From assembly GCA_013265495.1 (NCBI GenBank), contig MU057521.1, forward strand, positions 1,872,335 to 1,936,334: a DNA stretch of 64,000 bases, given 5' to 3'. The DNA comes from Vicugna vicugna (lineage: Eukaryota). Positions 13,790 to 25,770 of this stretch are shown here, piece after piece. The notes beneath the pieces were generated by a model that was not told the DNA's origin, did not search any database, and was given only the letters and a program-made list of their open reading frames with translations. Position 1 is the first letter of the stretch; every line of letters begins with the position of its first letter. The position numbers and the translations under genes were made by a program.

Positions 13790-14392
13790 GTCTGGTGTAG
13801 TTGGCAGACTCAAACCTCAGCTCCACTTCTATGAGCTCTGAGGCTTTGTGAAAATAAGTTAACCTCTCTGAACCTCAGTTTCTACTGTGGTAGGCTAAAT
13901 AATGACCCCCCACCACCACCATCGCTGCGAGAAGTCCATGTCCTAATCTCTGGAACTTGTGAATACGTCTCCTTACGTGGTAAAATGGACTTTGCAGGTG
14001 TGATTAAGTTAAGGATCTAGAGACAGAGAGAGTCCTGGGTTGTCTGGGTGGGTCCCACGTCATCGTAGGGTGCTTATGAGAGGCATGCAGGGAGGTCAGT
14101 GTGTGAGTGAGAGAGAGATGTGATGACGGAAGCGGAAGCTGGAGTGATGCACAGAAGGGGCCACAAGCCAGGGAATGTGGGTGTGTCCTCTAGAAGCCAG
14201 AAAAGGCAGGGAAGTGGAGTCTCCCCTAGAGCCTCCAAAAGAAACATGGCTCCGAAGACACCATGGCTCCGATGACACCTTGACTTTAGCTCATTGGGAC
14301 CTATAAAATGCAACAATAATGCTACCCACCTCGTAGGGCTGCCGTGACACGTGACAATGAGGCAATGTATCTAAAGTACTTAACAAAGTGTA
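13790..14392 (+). mobile_element. MIR SINE split by the MLT1 LTR
   Basis: aagttaacctctctgaacctcagtttc [LTR] ctataaaatg..ataatgctacccacctcgtagggctg reconstitutes the MIR core. Confidence 0.75.
13886..14300 (+). mobile_element. MLT1 (MLT1C/D-like) MaLR solo LTR, 3'-truncated, inserted in a MIR
   Basis: Starts TGTGGTAGGCTAAATAATG; carries gtcctaatctctggaacttgtgaata, ggactttgcaggtgtgattaagttaagg and cctctagaagccagaaaaggc..ctcccctagagcctcc. Confidence 0.85.
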
Positions 14393-14923
14393 TTTCAAGG
14401 AAACGGTGGACGGTTTTATCATGTGTTTTAAAAAGCCGTATTATCAGAACCAGGGCCGGATCCCAAGTCTGACATAAAGCACAGCCATTATGGGGCACTA
14501 AGCCAACCTGGGCTGGCTGGAAGTGGCTGCAGCTCTTCTACAGAGGTTACAGTACAGGGTTTTAGGATTGCTGGAACTCGAGTTGATGCTTTTGAGTCCT
14601 TTATCCCGGAAGGCTTTGGGGCCCCACAGATGTGTGACTGAAGTCCTGCATTCCAGCTCTGCACAGCCACGATCTTAGTGGCATTTGAAGGTCTGCAGGA
14701 GCACTTAAAACACTCACTCAGCTAATGTGACAGTGGAGACTGAAAAATGTCACCAAGCCCTGTGGCTGTGAAGTAGGTGAGAAGGACTCAGGATGTCATT
14801 AGCAAACGGCTGGGTGGCTGCCAAGGTGTTGCATAACGCTGGCGACGTCACTGGGTAACTTCCTGATCTCTTGTGTGGGTCCCTTCTAGGTTTCTGCCAT
14901 CCTCGCTGGCTTTGTTTTGCACC

Positions 14924-15465
14924 TGAGAGACTGAATATGCAAATGGACAGGGGCCAGGTGTTACATAGAACATAGGACTCTGACCCACAGTCCACAGCAA
15001 CCACCTCAGGAAACCAACCCAATACGTAAAGTCAGCAGCCCGGGAAGGCGGCCTGCTGTCTGTAAGTCAGACCTCCAGCTCTAGCAACAATCCAGGAGCC
15101 AAACAATAACCTCTGAAACTATCAGCCCCAAATGGCCGGGATCTGATAAATATCTGACAGCTTGCCTGATTTTTGTCCCCACTTCTACCTTAGGACCAGT
15201 CAGAGAAAACCAAATGTGCTCCCCGACCAAATGCACAGGATGCCTCCCTTCCCGTTGGCCCTCCTGTGGCTTCCCCATGACGACTGCCTCCAATCAGGGC
15301 ACACCCACAGCCTTCCTTTCCTCCACTGTAAAGCTTTCCCACGCCTCTGCCTGCCTCTGAGTCTCTGCCAAACGCAGGTGATGGTGGCCGACGCCCTTGC
15401 GTGTATGGCAAGCTCTGAATAAATAGCCTTTGCTTTTTCTCGTTGGGTTGGTCTTTATTTCCACA
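14924..15465 (+). mobile_element. Complete ERV1-class solo LTR (MER87/89/90-like)
   Basis: TG...CA termini, perfect 4-bp TSD CACC (14920-14923 and 15466-15469), AATAAA at 15418-15423. The family name is tentative. Confidence 0.8.
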
Positions 15466-16469
15466 CACCGTGCAACTGGCAGGTAGATTTCAGCATGAGA
15501 ACATGCTCTGTGCTCTTGGATGGGGATGGACTTGGTCACATGTGAACGGATCAGGGTGACAACAACTGTGGCCTCGTGAAGCCCAAGGCCCCTCCTGGTC
15601 GCTGTCTTTGTGGAGGGCACGTACATGGCTTCCCCACAAGTAGGAGATGAGTGTGATGAAATAATGACTAAATTCTGTTCGAACTTGAATTAGTTGTGGT
15701 ACCACTGGGGGCGGGGGGTGGGGGGACATAAAGGAAGCAGATAGTGAAGGCAAATGGGAAAAGTTCAAAATTGGAATTTTGTTTTTAAGTAACACTTGGG
15801 AGAGACCAATTTAGGAATGAAGACAACATTTTTCCCTAGTTCCCTGCTCACGGATCTCATTTTAAAGAAAACAATGGGAAGGTAAGTTTTAAGTGGTGTC
15901 ACAGGGACTGTTAGAAGCTAATGTTACTAATCTAAGACTATCAGGGCAAGGAGGTATCCAGGTGGTTATGGGGTAGAGAGATTGCAGAAATTCTCCATAG
16001 ACATCTCAAATTATTGCTTTTTGAAAATAAGGTCCATGTGCAGTGTTCTCTGCAGTGTCGTTGTCAAGATCGTTACTAAGTTTATAGCTGGGCATTATCA
16101 AGATGGAGTCGCGTGATGTGTGTACCTGGCTCCAAGGGCCGCAGCTGATTACTATCCTGGGGGTCATTTATCATTCTCTCTCTCTCTCAGTAAATAATAA
16201 TGAAAAGTCAAGTCAAGGTTTGGAAATAATTAGGAAAATTGTTGACATTGTGGGTAATTATGGGAATTTGCTTCTTTGATTGTTTCCTAATATAAATCCT
16301 TACTCTGTCTTTATAAATATTGTGAGTTTTTATTTTCTGTGGCCGCACAGCTTTTAATGGTTTGGAATAATAGATAATTCTCTTTTCTATTTCGTGTGGC
16401 ACCAGAACCCCTTCAGATTCACCATTTTGAGCTTCACACCACTTCCCCGGGAGGCTGGGAGGACGTGGC

Positions 16470-16590
16470 AGGACCAGTGGGATCGTCCCCTTGAACTGAT
16501 GAGAAACCTAAGATTCACAGAGGTGGAAAGCTTTACCCAAGCTCTATTTTCAGCAAGCTGGAATCTGAACCCAGGTCTTCTGATAGCAAG
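16470..16590 (-). mobile_element. MIR SINE
   Basis: ctgatgagaaacctaagattcacagagg..ttacccaag..ggaatctgaacccaggtct. Confidence 0.65.
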
Positions 16591-16865
16591 AGTTTGATGC
16601 CTGCCATTCGGGCTTACAGTACTTTCATTGAACACCTGCAATCTCACTTCCCCTTTGGGCTAACAGCAAATATTTCGAAAGTAAGCACTGTTTTGGGTAA
16701 ATCTGGAAAAGAGGAGTTGAGGGAGTTGGAGAGAAAAATGCTTTCCAGCCTTCCCAACTTGATTAGCACAGGGAGTGGCGGGGGTGGGGGCAGGTAGAGG
16801 AAGGCATTTTACAGGCATATTGTTAGTGTGTGTGGGCTGTAAAGTATCTGTACACAGAGTCTAGA

Positions 16866-17162
16866 GTGGTGCCATCCAGCATGGCAGCCACCAGCCCAGG
16901 TGGCCCTTGAGCACTGGAAACATGGCTCATTCTAATTAAGAAGTGCTCCAGCTGTCAGTTCCACACCGATGCCAGAGACTTCATATAGAAAGGATGGAAA
17001 CTGCCTCAGTCGTTTTTATACTGATTATATGTTGATATATTGGGTTAAATAAAGCATGCTATTGAAATTACTTCCGTGTATTATTTTCAATTTTCGATGT
17101 GACTATGAGAAAATGAAAAGTCACAGATGTGGCTCCCATTTTATTTCCAGTGGATGGCGCTG
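16866..17162. mobile_element. MER33-like hAT-Charlie MITE
   Basis: ttgagcactggaaacatggct..., ctgattatatgttg..atatattgggttaaataaa, atgtggctcccattttatttc..ggatggcgctg. Confidence 0.7.
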
Positions 17163-18206
17163 GTCCAGCAGTTTCCTCTTTGGATAAGACTTAGTAGGTG
17201 AGGATGAGTGAGGCCAGAAGTCCAGCTGTGTCTCAAGGAGGACAAAGACTCTTGCAGCAGAGGCCAGGGGAAAGCTCGTGCACCCTGCCCTTGGGGACGG
17301 GGCCCTTATTATGCAAGAACCTTAAAGAAGCAGCAAGAATTCCGTGTGGCAATTTCAATGGAAACATTTTCGCTTCTGAAACCAAGTTTCTTTCCTAAAC
17401 TCCACCCAAGGCAAAACGGATTATTGCTTCCTGGAAACCCAACCAGGAGACTTGAAAGTGTTTCATATTAAAAACAGAAAAACCCAAGAAGGAGAAAAAT
17501 AATTATATTTCTAAGAGCTTTTTAGAACAAATGTTTGCTTGTGAGAAATAATTTTGCTATAAATATTTTATTCCTCCTTCTCTTTCTTCTGTGCCCAGCT
17601 GAGGAGTTCCTCATGGACACAGGAGAGGCTGCTCCCCTTGGGAGGGAAGATCAAAGCTGCCCTGGGTTTACTTGCTGTTGAATTCTACTCACAGTCTTTG
17701 TAGCTTCCAGTCCCGCCTGCTTGCTGGGCTCTGAGAGGAAGTGGGCTCAAAACTTTGGAAAAACAGAGAGAGGGGTGCAGAGAAAAGTCCATAGCTACGT
17801 AGCATCTAAGCCAGTTGTTTCAGACAGAAAGTTCCAAAGCTTGGCTAGAGAGAGAGGAGTGTTTATGGTTTTTGTCTGTGGGAACCTGCCTGTAAACAAC
17901 CCATTTTGAAAGACAACGTTTAGTCATGTAAATAGCAAGTTAGCCTGATTGATGCTAAGATGATCCCAGAAAACAAGGAGCCTATTCAAAAGGACTTGAT
18001 AAATATTTTTAAAACGAGAAAACCAAACAGACAAGACACTAGAATGAGAGTTCCTGAGGCTGAGGATTTGATCTTAATAATTCCTCAGTCCTAGAGCCCA
18101 GTGCCACACTTGTCCTGGGAGTGGAGCTCAACGAATGTTTGTTGGATGACTGGGTCCATGCATCACCCCGTCCAGAGAGCACTGAGTGGGAACGATGCGC
18201 CCAAGG

Positions 18207-18527
18207 TGTTGACACCCGGTCCCCCTAAAACCAACTTCCCCTGCCCAGTGTACGATTCACCTCTCTATCCAGAACACCGCCCTGGTACCTCACACCAACC
18301 AATCAGAAGAAAGTCCTGCCCCCTGCTACGTTCACCCCAAATGTTGTTTCTAAAAACCCTTCCCTGGGAAGCCATGGGGAAGTTTGGGTCTTTTGAGCAC
18401 AAGCTGCCCGTTTTCCTTGCTTGGCGCCCTGCACATACACACTGTCCTTTCCGTCACCACAACCTGGTGTCAGTAAATTGGCTTTGCTGTGTGGCAGGCA
18501 AGCAGACCCAAGTTCGGTTTGGTAATA
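18207..18527 (+). mobile_element. ERV1-class LTR, 3' portion
   Basis: accaatcag, aaaaaccct..gggaagtttgggtcttttgagcacaagctgccc and terminal gacccaagttcggtttggtaa resemble laurasiatherian ERV1 LTR ends. The 5' boundary is uncertain. Confidence 0.6.
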
Positions 18528-18921
18528 GTGTTTCACCTGGAAAACTGGGGAAATGATAACACTATGGATAGAAAAGGGGAGTGGATTATAAATTAGATTT
18601 GGTAGACGTGTTGAGATGATAGTAGATATCCAGTTGCCCATAGACAGCAGGTAGTTGAAAAGGAGAACTTAAGGTTACCTTTGATGATCAGCAGCATTGA
18701 GTCAGCTCTTAGTTAAGGAAACACGATAATTTCTGGTATAACCCTAAAAGGATACATGGGATGTGTCCATCTAGAGGAACTAGGCCAGTGGAGGGCTGAG
18801 AACTGTGGCTAGAACATTTAGCTTCAGGCAGCAAAGCAAGGAGTAAAGCTTACGGTGATGAATTTTGCTGTCTTTGTGTGCAAGGCTGACCTGCAGCCAG
18901 GGAGGGCTTGTCCTGTGTCCC

Positions 18922-19429
18922 TGCTGGGGGACAGTTCACCACGGGGCTCTCCTGTTTCTGCCCATGCTGCAAGTAAGGCACTGACTGCTCTTGGTTCCAG
19001 ACTACCCGTCCAAGGATGTTTGGAAGGCAGAGATAGGGTGTCCCTCCAGAGCAAAGCACAGATGTGCTTACAGCGTTGGAAGACAGGCTTGGTGTCGTCT
19101 TCTGGAGCAAAAGGCAGACATGCTGACTGCTCGGCATAAAAGATTCGAGTTTCCTAAACTGAGACTCAGGGTTCCCCTCCTGCGTCACAGCCCACTGTGT
19201 GGGCAGATGTCTTCTGGTCCTCTTCATGTTGTTTTGTGGGAATTGGGGTCTGGGGATCTGGCTCAAAAATCCTGATACTCTGGCTACTGCAGTGGCTGTG
19301 AGTGGTAATCTGTCCTTGGTCTCTGACCCAGGAAATTCATGGGCTCAACCAGCATCCATGAGATGGTGGCAGGAGGACTTGCTAGCTTGCAAGTAGGGGA
19401 AAATCTCAGGTCCTTCGGAGATTTTGACA
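18922..19429 (+). mobile_element. ERVL-class solo LTR (MER76-like)
   Basis: TG...CA ends with near-perfect 5-bp TSD GTCCC / GTCAC; internal ggagcaaaaggcagacatgct and gcttgcaagtaggggaaaatctcag. Confidence 0.75.
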
Positions 19430-21365
19430 GTCACTCTCCGAGATTCTTACTCTGGGTCCATAGAGGAACTGTAGGAGACCCTGCAAAGAGTCTGCAGTTA
19501 AAGCCAAGTCAGACAGAGTTGTCTAGGGGCTGAGGAAAGAAAGAAGGAAAGAACAAGCCCTGATTGCTTTGGGGTTGCCTTTCCTTGTGGACGTGGGCTC
19601 AGATGTGCCAGCAGCATAGATTAAGGATGACACAGGAGCATTCGACCAAGGACACACAGACAGAGGACAAGTAGGATAAGATGGGCAGTGAGCCGCAGTT
19701 TTGTGGGGTTTTTTTTTATTGTGAAGCAAACAAAATAAAGGAATTTTAAAACATAAATTTGCAACAAAATAATACATTTAGATTGATTAGCCTCTCACCC
19801 AGAAAGGAGTCTATGCATTTAAATAAAATTTTTTGTGACCCTAAGGCTTTATTTTTATTTACTCTTTTGTTGTTGTTGTTCCTGGAATGAGTAACTATTA
19901 CAACAATCATTAATTACTCAATTTACCTGCTTCCTTGGTACTGACAGAAGGATTCATTGCAATAATGCAAAAGGCCTGCCGGTCCCGGAGGGAGGGAGTG
20001 TATCCTCTGCCCCCTCCCCCCATCTGCCTTGGAGCTTCTAGTCCAGGGGAGTGCCTACAGGGCCCACAGGGCGGGGGTCTTCCAACCAGTTGCTGAAGTG
20101 CCATGAAAAGACACTGGAAAGGGATGTACCATCCTTGCATATGTGCAAGTTGACATTTAACTTTTAAAATTTCAATATAAATAGTTGCAAAGGATTTTAT
20201 GTCCAGTGCATTATGAATAGTATGAGAAAGAAAATTGTCCCAACTATCAGTGGCAGAACTTTTTCGTATGATGTAATTTATAACCCTTTCCGTGAAGTAA
20301 TTATGATTCCTGATAAAATGTTAAGTTATTTCCAGATAGACTGTAATGGGATTAAGAAATCCTGAAGAGTTAAGGTTCCCCACTAAGCTGTCTTCAAACA
20401 TGGCAGTCAGACTTTGGCCGTTCTTCAGTGGTGGCACCATTTCTTTTTTTCTATAGATGTCTTTTCCAAGAGAGAATCCCTGAATTGAGGCCAGTTTGAA
20501 ATAGAATTTTGACACATAATAATAACAAGTCTGTCTGAGAGGTTCTTTTGGCAAATGACACTGTAAAATAACTTTGCTACATCACTTTTTAAGTCTAGAC
20601 GGTGGGCTCTTAATACCATAGTAATCTCATACTCAGCATCATCCACATGAAAAAAACAGGAACAAGTTATTTTTTGACGTCAGGAAAATTTTCTCCTCTC
20701 AAATTCGTATTTCTACTCTCCATTTTATCCTAATGTGCTGTTTCTTACAACTGAAAGTTTAAAATTGATTAACCTCTCATAATTTTCTACAACAAAAGTA
20801 AGTCTGAATTCTTGTGACCTAAGCTTCAGGTTTTTTGTTCCCAGGTTGAGCAATTAATTATTATTATTACCCAATTGATTAAAATGTACACGTTACAATT
20901 TTGATAAACCATTATTAAATGTAAAATTTTACTTTTATTGGAAATACAACCATTAACGAGATGACTAGGGCTGGTTTATCATCCCCCCTCCACCTGTGAC
21001 TGGAGAGAGCCAGGGCTCGTTGTCAAGTCTGGTTCTTGTTGTTTGTTTTTATGGACGTAAGCTCCGAGGAGTGCTGTTCACATACCAAGTACAAGGAGTG
21101 GAAGGAGTGTTGTTATAGTCATGTTACTCAGTTCCAGATCCCTGAAGTTCTATTCTGAGGTCATATTAAAAAAAAAAAAATCTGCCAGCTGTCTTGACTA
21201 GGTGTTCTTTTGACTCTGCTGAAACCGTCGAATTGGAAAAGTGATTTGCAAAAGGATTAGCTCCCTAGGCATTAGAGTGTGATATAGCCCAGGGATTTCA
21301 AATCATACCTTTTGGTAACTCGAGGGTTTTAATACTGTCAGGTATTAAACACCCAGGACAGTGCC

Positions 21366-21640
21366 CAGGGGTGTGCAGGTAAATTGGCTCTCTGGAAAAA
21401 AAAAAAAGAGGGAAAAAAAGCTCTACTTTGTAGCTTGTGCTCATTTCCTGGGTATAAATACTGGCCAATTTCCAGCTACCCATGTGACTTCACTGACCTG
21501 GAGTTGGGAAGAGACAGGCTCAGTGGCCAGCATGAGGCAGTGCAGCATGGCCCAGCAGTGCCCCACAGCAAGATCCCGAAGGGAGGGCTGTGTGCACCTG
21601 TTTTGAGAGCTGTGACAGGTACTGGCCTGACCTCAGGGGT
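21366..21640 (+). mobile_element. MER63-like hAT-Blackjack element
   Basis: caggggtgtgcaggtaaa..ggctctctgg(A)n..tttccagctacc..gtgacttcactga..ggagttgggaagaga resembles the recalled MER63 consensus. Confidence 0.55.
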
Positions 21641-21699
21641 GTGCTCAAGGAGATCAGTTTAGGACAGAGCACCCGTGGATGTCAAGAATGTTGATTCCT

Positions 21700-21892
21700 G
21701 GGGTAGGGTATAGCTCAGAGGGGGAGGGTATAGCTGCAGGGGGAGGGGGAAGGGCACATAGCTCAGTGGTAGAGTGCACATCTAGTATGCACGAGATCCT
21801 GGGTACAATCCCCAGGACCTCCATAAAATAAATAAATAAATAAATAAACAAACAAACATAATTACGTCCCCCTTAAAATTTTTTTAAGAAAA
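21700..21892 (+). mobile_element. tRNA-derived SINE of camelid type with target-site duplication
   Basis: A-box TAGCTCAGTGG, B-box-like GGTACAATCCC, (TAAA)n and A-rich tail. 16-bp TSD AAGAATGTTGATTCCT (21684-21699) / AAGAACATTGATTCCT (21893-21908). Confidence 0.88.
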
Positions 21893-22004
21893 AAGAACAT
21901 TGATTCCTTTAAACATGCCATCCCTGCCTACCCCTAGCAAAGGCTGTGCCCCAAGGCTCCATGTGCAGCCGTTTGAAGACCATGAGAAGAGAAGCAAGGG
22001 CCTG

Positions 22005-22190
22005 GGGGGCAGCTCAGATCCTGCCTCGGCAATTTACAACGTTTGAGGACTTGGGCGTGTCATTCAACTTCTGTGAGTCCCAGTTTTCACCTATAAAATA
22101 GGAGAAGCCAATACCCAGCTTCCAAGGTAGTCAGTACTGGTGGTGGTACGTGTACTGGGCTGGCGTCCAGCAGATGCTCGACTGGATGCT
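22005..22190 (+). mobile_element. MIR SINE
   Basis: gacttgggcgtgtcattcaacttctgtgagtcccagttttcacctataaaatagg. Confidence 0.6.
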
Positions 22191-22689
22191 GCTATCGGAG
22201 TCCTTTTTTTTTTTTAAATCAGAGTGCTTTTAACTGAGTTAAAGGGAAGAGGCTTGGAGGTTGATGCCTCCTAGGGTATCACTGTAAGAGGGAAACATTG
22301 GTGGCTTGCTACTTATTTTTATGTGTTTTTATGCTCCAAAGCAGGTGACTACTTCGGTTATCTTAAAATGCTCACTTCAAAACAGAACTTTTAGCTTGTT
22401 TCTCTCCTTTTTAGATGAGCTTTCATCTTATGAGATGCAGAGGCTGGGATCATCACTTGCTGTGGGGAAGGACATACAACAGTAACAATGGCTCTCAGGG
22501 AGAACTCAAGGCTGGTCCATCTTGGACCAAACCAGGAGGGTTAGTAACCAAGAAACAAAACCTCCTTCTAAGGTGGTTTCACCTGTCAGGCAATCCCGTA
22601 GCCTGGTTCCCTGGGGCTTCATTAGGATCAAGTTCCTGGTGGCTCTAGAAGGTCTTTTAAAGTCTTGTTTAATCATGATGAATGACAGG

Positions 22690-22756
22690 GCAAATTCACA
22701 TCACAGCATTACAAACAATTCCAAAGCGCAACCAGTATCTCACATTGTACTTTATT
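22690..22756 (-). terminator. BCL2: Distal polyadenylation site of BCL2
   Basis: AATAAA at 22756-22751, cleavage ~22733, then a GU-rich downstream element (GTTGCGCTTTGGAATTGTTTGTAATGCTGTGATGTG). Confidence 0.85.
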
Positions 22757-23042
22757 TTTCTTCACAATATTAAGTGGACAGACAAGGAAAGTTAATGGCA
22801 ATGTGACTTTTTCCAACAACACAAAGAAAATGCCATTATATTTAATATTGGCCAACCAGAGACTTACTTTATCTCAACTATCTGAAGTATGCTTATCATA
22901 TATTTGTGTGTATGTGTGTGGTGGTGCAGGCTATCAGCCACCCCAAGAAAGTATCAATCTTCAAAAGAGCTCATGGAAGGCAGACGTGTGAAAATCTTGA
23001 TAATAAAAGCTTTCACTACAAAAATGCTTTTTATACACTTAC

Positions 23043-23048
23043 TTTATT
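23043..23048 (-). terminator. BCL2: Second AATAAA, possible alternative poly(A) signal ~290 nt upstream of the distal one
   Basis: tttatt on plus strand; followed in the mRNA by U-rich GCATTTTTGTAGTG. Confidence 0.5.
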
Positions 23049-25097
23049 GAAAACAAAAATAATCCCAGTAACTCAAAACAGAAGCAAAACTTGGCTGAAA
23101 ACTTAAGAAGATAGTTTAATAATGAAGACAACCACCTAACGAAATCTGACCAGCTATCACTGCTTCAAACGCTACCTCAGAGGCAAAACTTAATGAAATG
23201 CGCTGGCTGGAAGGCCCACTGCAGATTCCCCCAAAGCCTTCAGTATATGGCATTACTAATACACAATAGTCATAGTTAGCAACAGTCCCAGGATCTTTTG
23301 ATTGAGCCTTTCCATCTTCCACAAGTATTTCTGTCTGCTGAGCTCACCTTGGGACCCCAAACCACCTTGTCATCAATAGGATATATATTGGCTTTCAGTT
23401 ATTCTCCTGGGGCAGTCGTGATGAATTAGGGCGATACCACTCATACTCCATCTGGTTTTCTTTGTGCCTGTGGGATGAATATTTCGTGGTTGTCTAAGGG
23501 CCTGTCCAGTGAGAACAGACATGTACCAGAATGATTCTTTGGGTAAGGATAAGGGAACCTGTATTATTACTTACCCAATTCAGTCTCACTTTTTTTCCCC
23601 TCCAATATGGTGCATAATAAGTATTTAGAAACAGAAGTCCCTACCAACCAGAAGGTTTTCATTAAATATCCTGTTGGTTACAACTGCAAATGTATTGTTT
23701 AAATAGCCATTAGACACATCCAGGCTTGAGAATAATACCATTGAAGGCAGATGTTTAAAAGAGTTTTGGTCCATCTGCACTGTCATACAGAGCTGGACTT
23801 TGAGTTGTTCTGTTGTCTCTAGAAGCTAAATATACACCAGAATTTTAAAATGGTTCTTGTTTGTTGCACAAGGTCCTTCACTGAGGCATCACATTGACCC
23901 TGGTGAAGTTCCCAGTTGTTTCCATTTCACATCCTACAGCCCTGGCTGTTTTGAAAGCCTCCACACCCTGATGCAATCTTGGGAATGTTTTGCTCATTGG
24001 AAAATTATTCCTCCCTCCCACCCCCGCAACAAATGTCCTTTGTCCCATAATAATTAAAAAAAAAATCCCTAGGAAGATTCAAATTGAATAACAATAAAGA
24101 TCTGATTGGAACCTTCATAAGGCTGACAATGTAGAATTGTATTTCTTAAAAAGTGTGTAACCACATTTGTCTGGGCTGCAAAAGACACCACAGAATAAGA
24201 TCAGAATAGAATTTCAACCGACTCCCTAATTTCCTTAGAATGGCTTATATTTCAAGCCCTTCCTGTTTTTTTCTGATAGAGGAGGTGTACATTACTAACC
24301 ATCAGTGATAAGGAAGTATAAAAACAGCCGCTGCCCTAAAAGTACAATCGAAATTAGAATTTAAGTTCACATTTATAAATTAGTCATTTCAGCACAAGTT
24401 TAATTACAGTATAGACCATTTGCAATGCTGTTCATTCCATAGATCCTTAATGCGAAAAAGCCAGGCATCTGTTGGGACTGCCCTACCTGTTTAAGTGTAA
24501 TCCTGATTACTAGAACTCCTCTTGATTTACAGTCACTTCCTAATTTCCCACATTGGCCAGGACTAACTCTTCAGATGATAAGCATAAACACTTCCTAATG
24601 AAATAAAAGTCACGTCTAAATGGAAGATCATATCTGAACATGCAGAGATAAGTGAGATGGGGCAGAGGATGTTGGTTTTTGGCTTGAACTATAGCAAGGT
24701 ACTGCCTTAATTCCAAATGTGACTTTAATTCAGATCTTAAGCCTGCAAGACTTTTCAGCCAGTGTAAAATCTGCGATGAGCTGTTTGCTGTAGAACACGT
24801 GAGCTGTCATCTTGATCTCTCTTTCAGACTGCTTGTGCAGTGAGGACTTGGGCGGACCCAAGAGGTTCTTGGGTGCTTTTTTCCTTGTGGCTCTTTTTAG
24901 AGCCCGTGACCTCCATTTGGAAAGTGCACATGTTCTGTTGAACTCTGACCTGGGTCAACACATGCAACATGCTGATGGTGACCCCCTCCTCCACATGAGA
25001 TAGGGAGGAACCGTTCTCGGCTGTCTGATGGCAAAATGATTGAGACAACAAGAAAAAAGAAAAGGAGGAGAAAAAATGACTAGTCAAGGCTTTTATA

Positions 25098-25105
25098 TAC
25101 ATTCA
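25098..25105 (-). promoter_or_regulatory. BCL2: miR-181 8mer seed match (TGAATGTA)
   Basis: Plus strand tacattca. A miR-200b/c/429 match (CAGTATT) lies nearby at 25181-25175. Confidence 0.6.
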
Positions 25106-25469
25106 TTGCTTCTAACATGTTTTTAACAACAAGAAAAATGCAACTTTTACTACTCTTAGAGAGAGTGCAGCCACAATACTGTACAGCTCCGGGGTCAGGT
25201 GGCCAGGAACATTTATCGTTAAAACCAGATAACATAACCTCACAGCAAAGGGAAATCTGCCAGAAATTAGTCCCCGTGAACTTTCTGATATATACATTTT
25301 TAGAATACTCTACAAATCCCGGTTTGAACAATAACAAGAACAACAAAAGACAAACAGGCTTTATATTAAAAATGTCCGTGTTCTTCATTGTTATTTCTAA
25401 AGCAGCTTGGAGGATCTCACCACTTGGAGTGTACTGCAAACTGACTCCATTAGAATGATATTGGCAGGA

Positions 25470-25492
25470 TAGCAGCACAGGATTGGATATTC
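25470..25492 (-). promoter_or_regulatory. BCL2: miR-15/16 family target site (8mer TGCTGCTA)
   Basis: mRNA sense GAATATCCAATCCTGTGCTGCTA; seed match at 25477-25470. This is the classic miR-15a/16-1 site in the BCL2 3'UTR. Confidence 0.85.
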
Positions 25493-25560
25493 CATATTCA
25501 TCACTTTTGACAATGTAAACCTTTCATAAAATAATATTTTGCTTAAAAATTAGAATCATT

Positions 25561-25770
25561 CAAAGGTCTGATCGTCCTGTTCCCTGAGGCCTGCCAGGGA
25601 GGTCTGGCGTCATACCATGGGTTTCCTGCTTTCTCCGTGTGGGGGATAAGCGCCCCTGGATTTCAGGAAGAATCTGAAAGCCAGCCACGGAGAAGGGCCC
25701 TATGAAAAGAGGGTGGGGGGCCCTAGATAGGTCTGCAAGGAAACCGTCTCACTAAGGGTCAAACCACCGT
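25561..25770 (-). other. BCL2: Orthologue of the human BCL2 major breakpoint region (mbr) of t(14;18)
   Basis: Sequence (ggtctgatc..tgttccctgaggc..ggaggtctggc..ggtttcctgcttt..atttcaggaag..ggtcaaaccacc) parallels the recalled human mbr. It is flanked by the AT-rich tract at 25505-25560 reported as a SATB1 site in human. Confidence 0.75.

Noticed and set aside
19970..20700. Possible decayed hAT (Tip100/Zaphod-like) transposon remnant
   Set aside because: The composition is suggestive, but I could not identify TIRs, a TSD or convincing transposase motifs; it needs a Dfam search.
21755..21825. tRNA-like sequence with A and B boxes
   Set aside because: It is a SINE head with an A-rich tail and TSD, and has no intact cloverleaf.
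25470..25478. TAGCAGCAC on the plus strand looks like the 5' end of a miR-15/16 gene
   Set aside because: No full mature sequence or hairpin; it is the reverse complement of the target site in the BCL2 mRNA.
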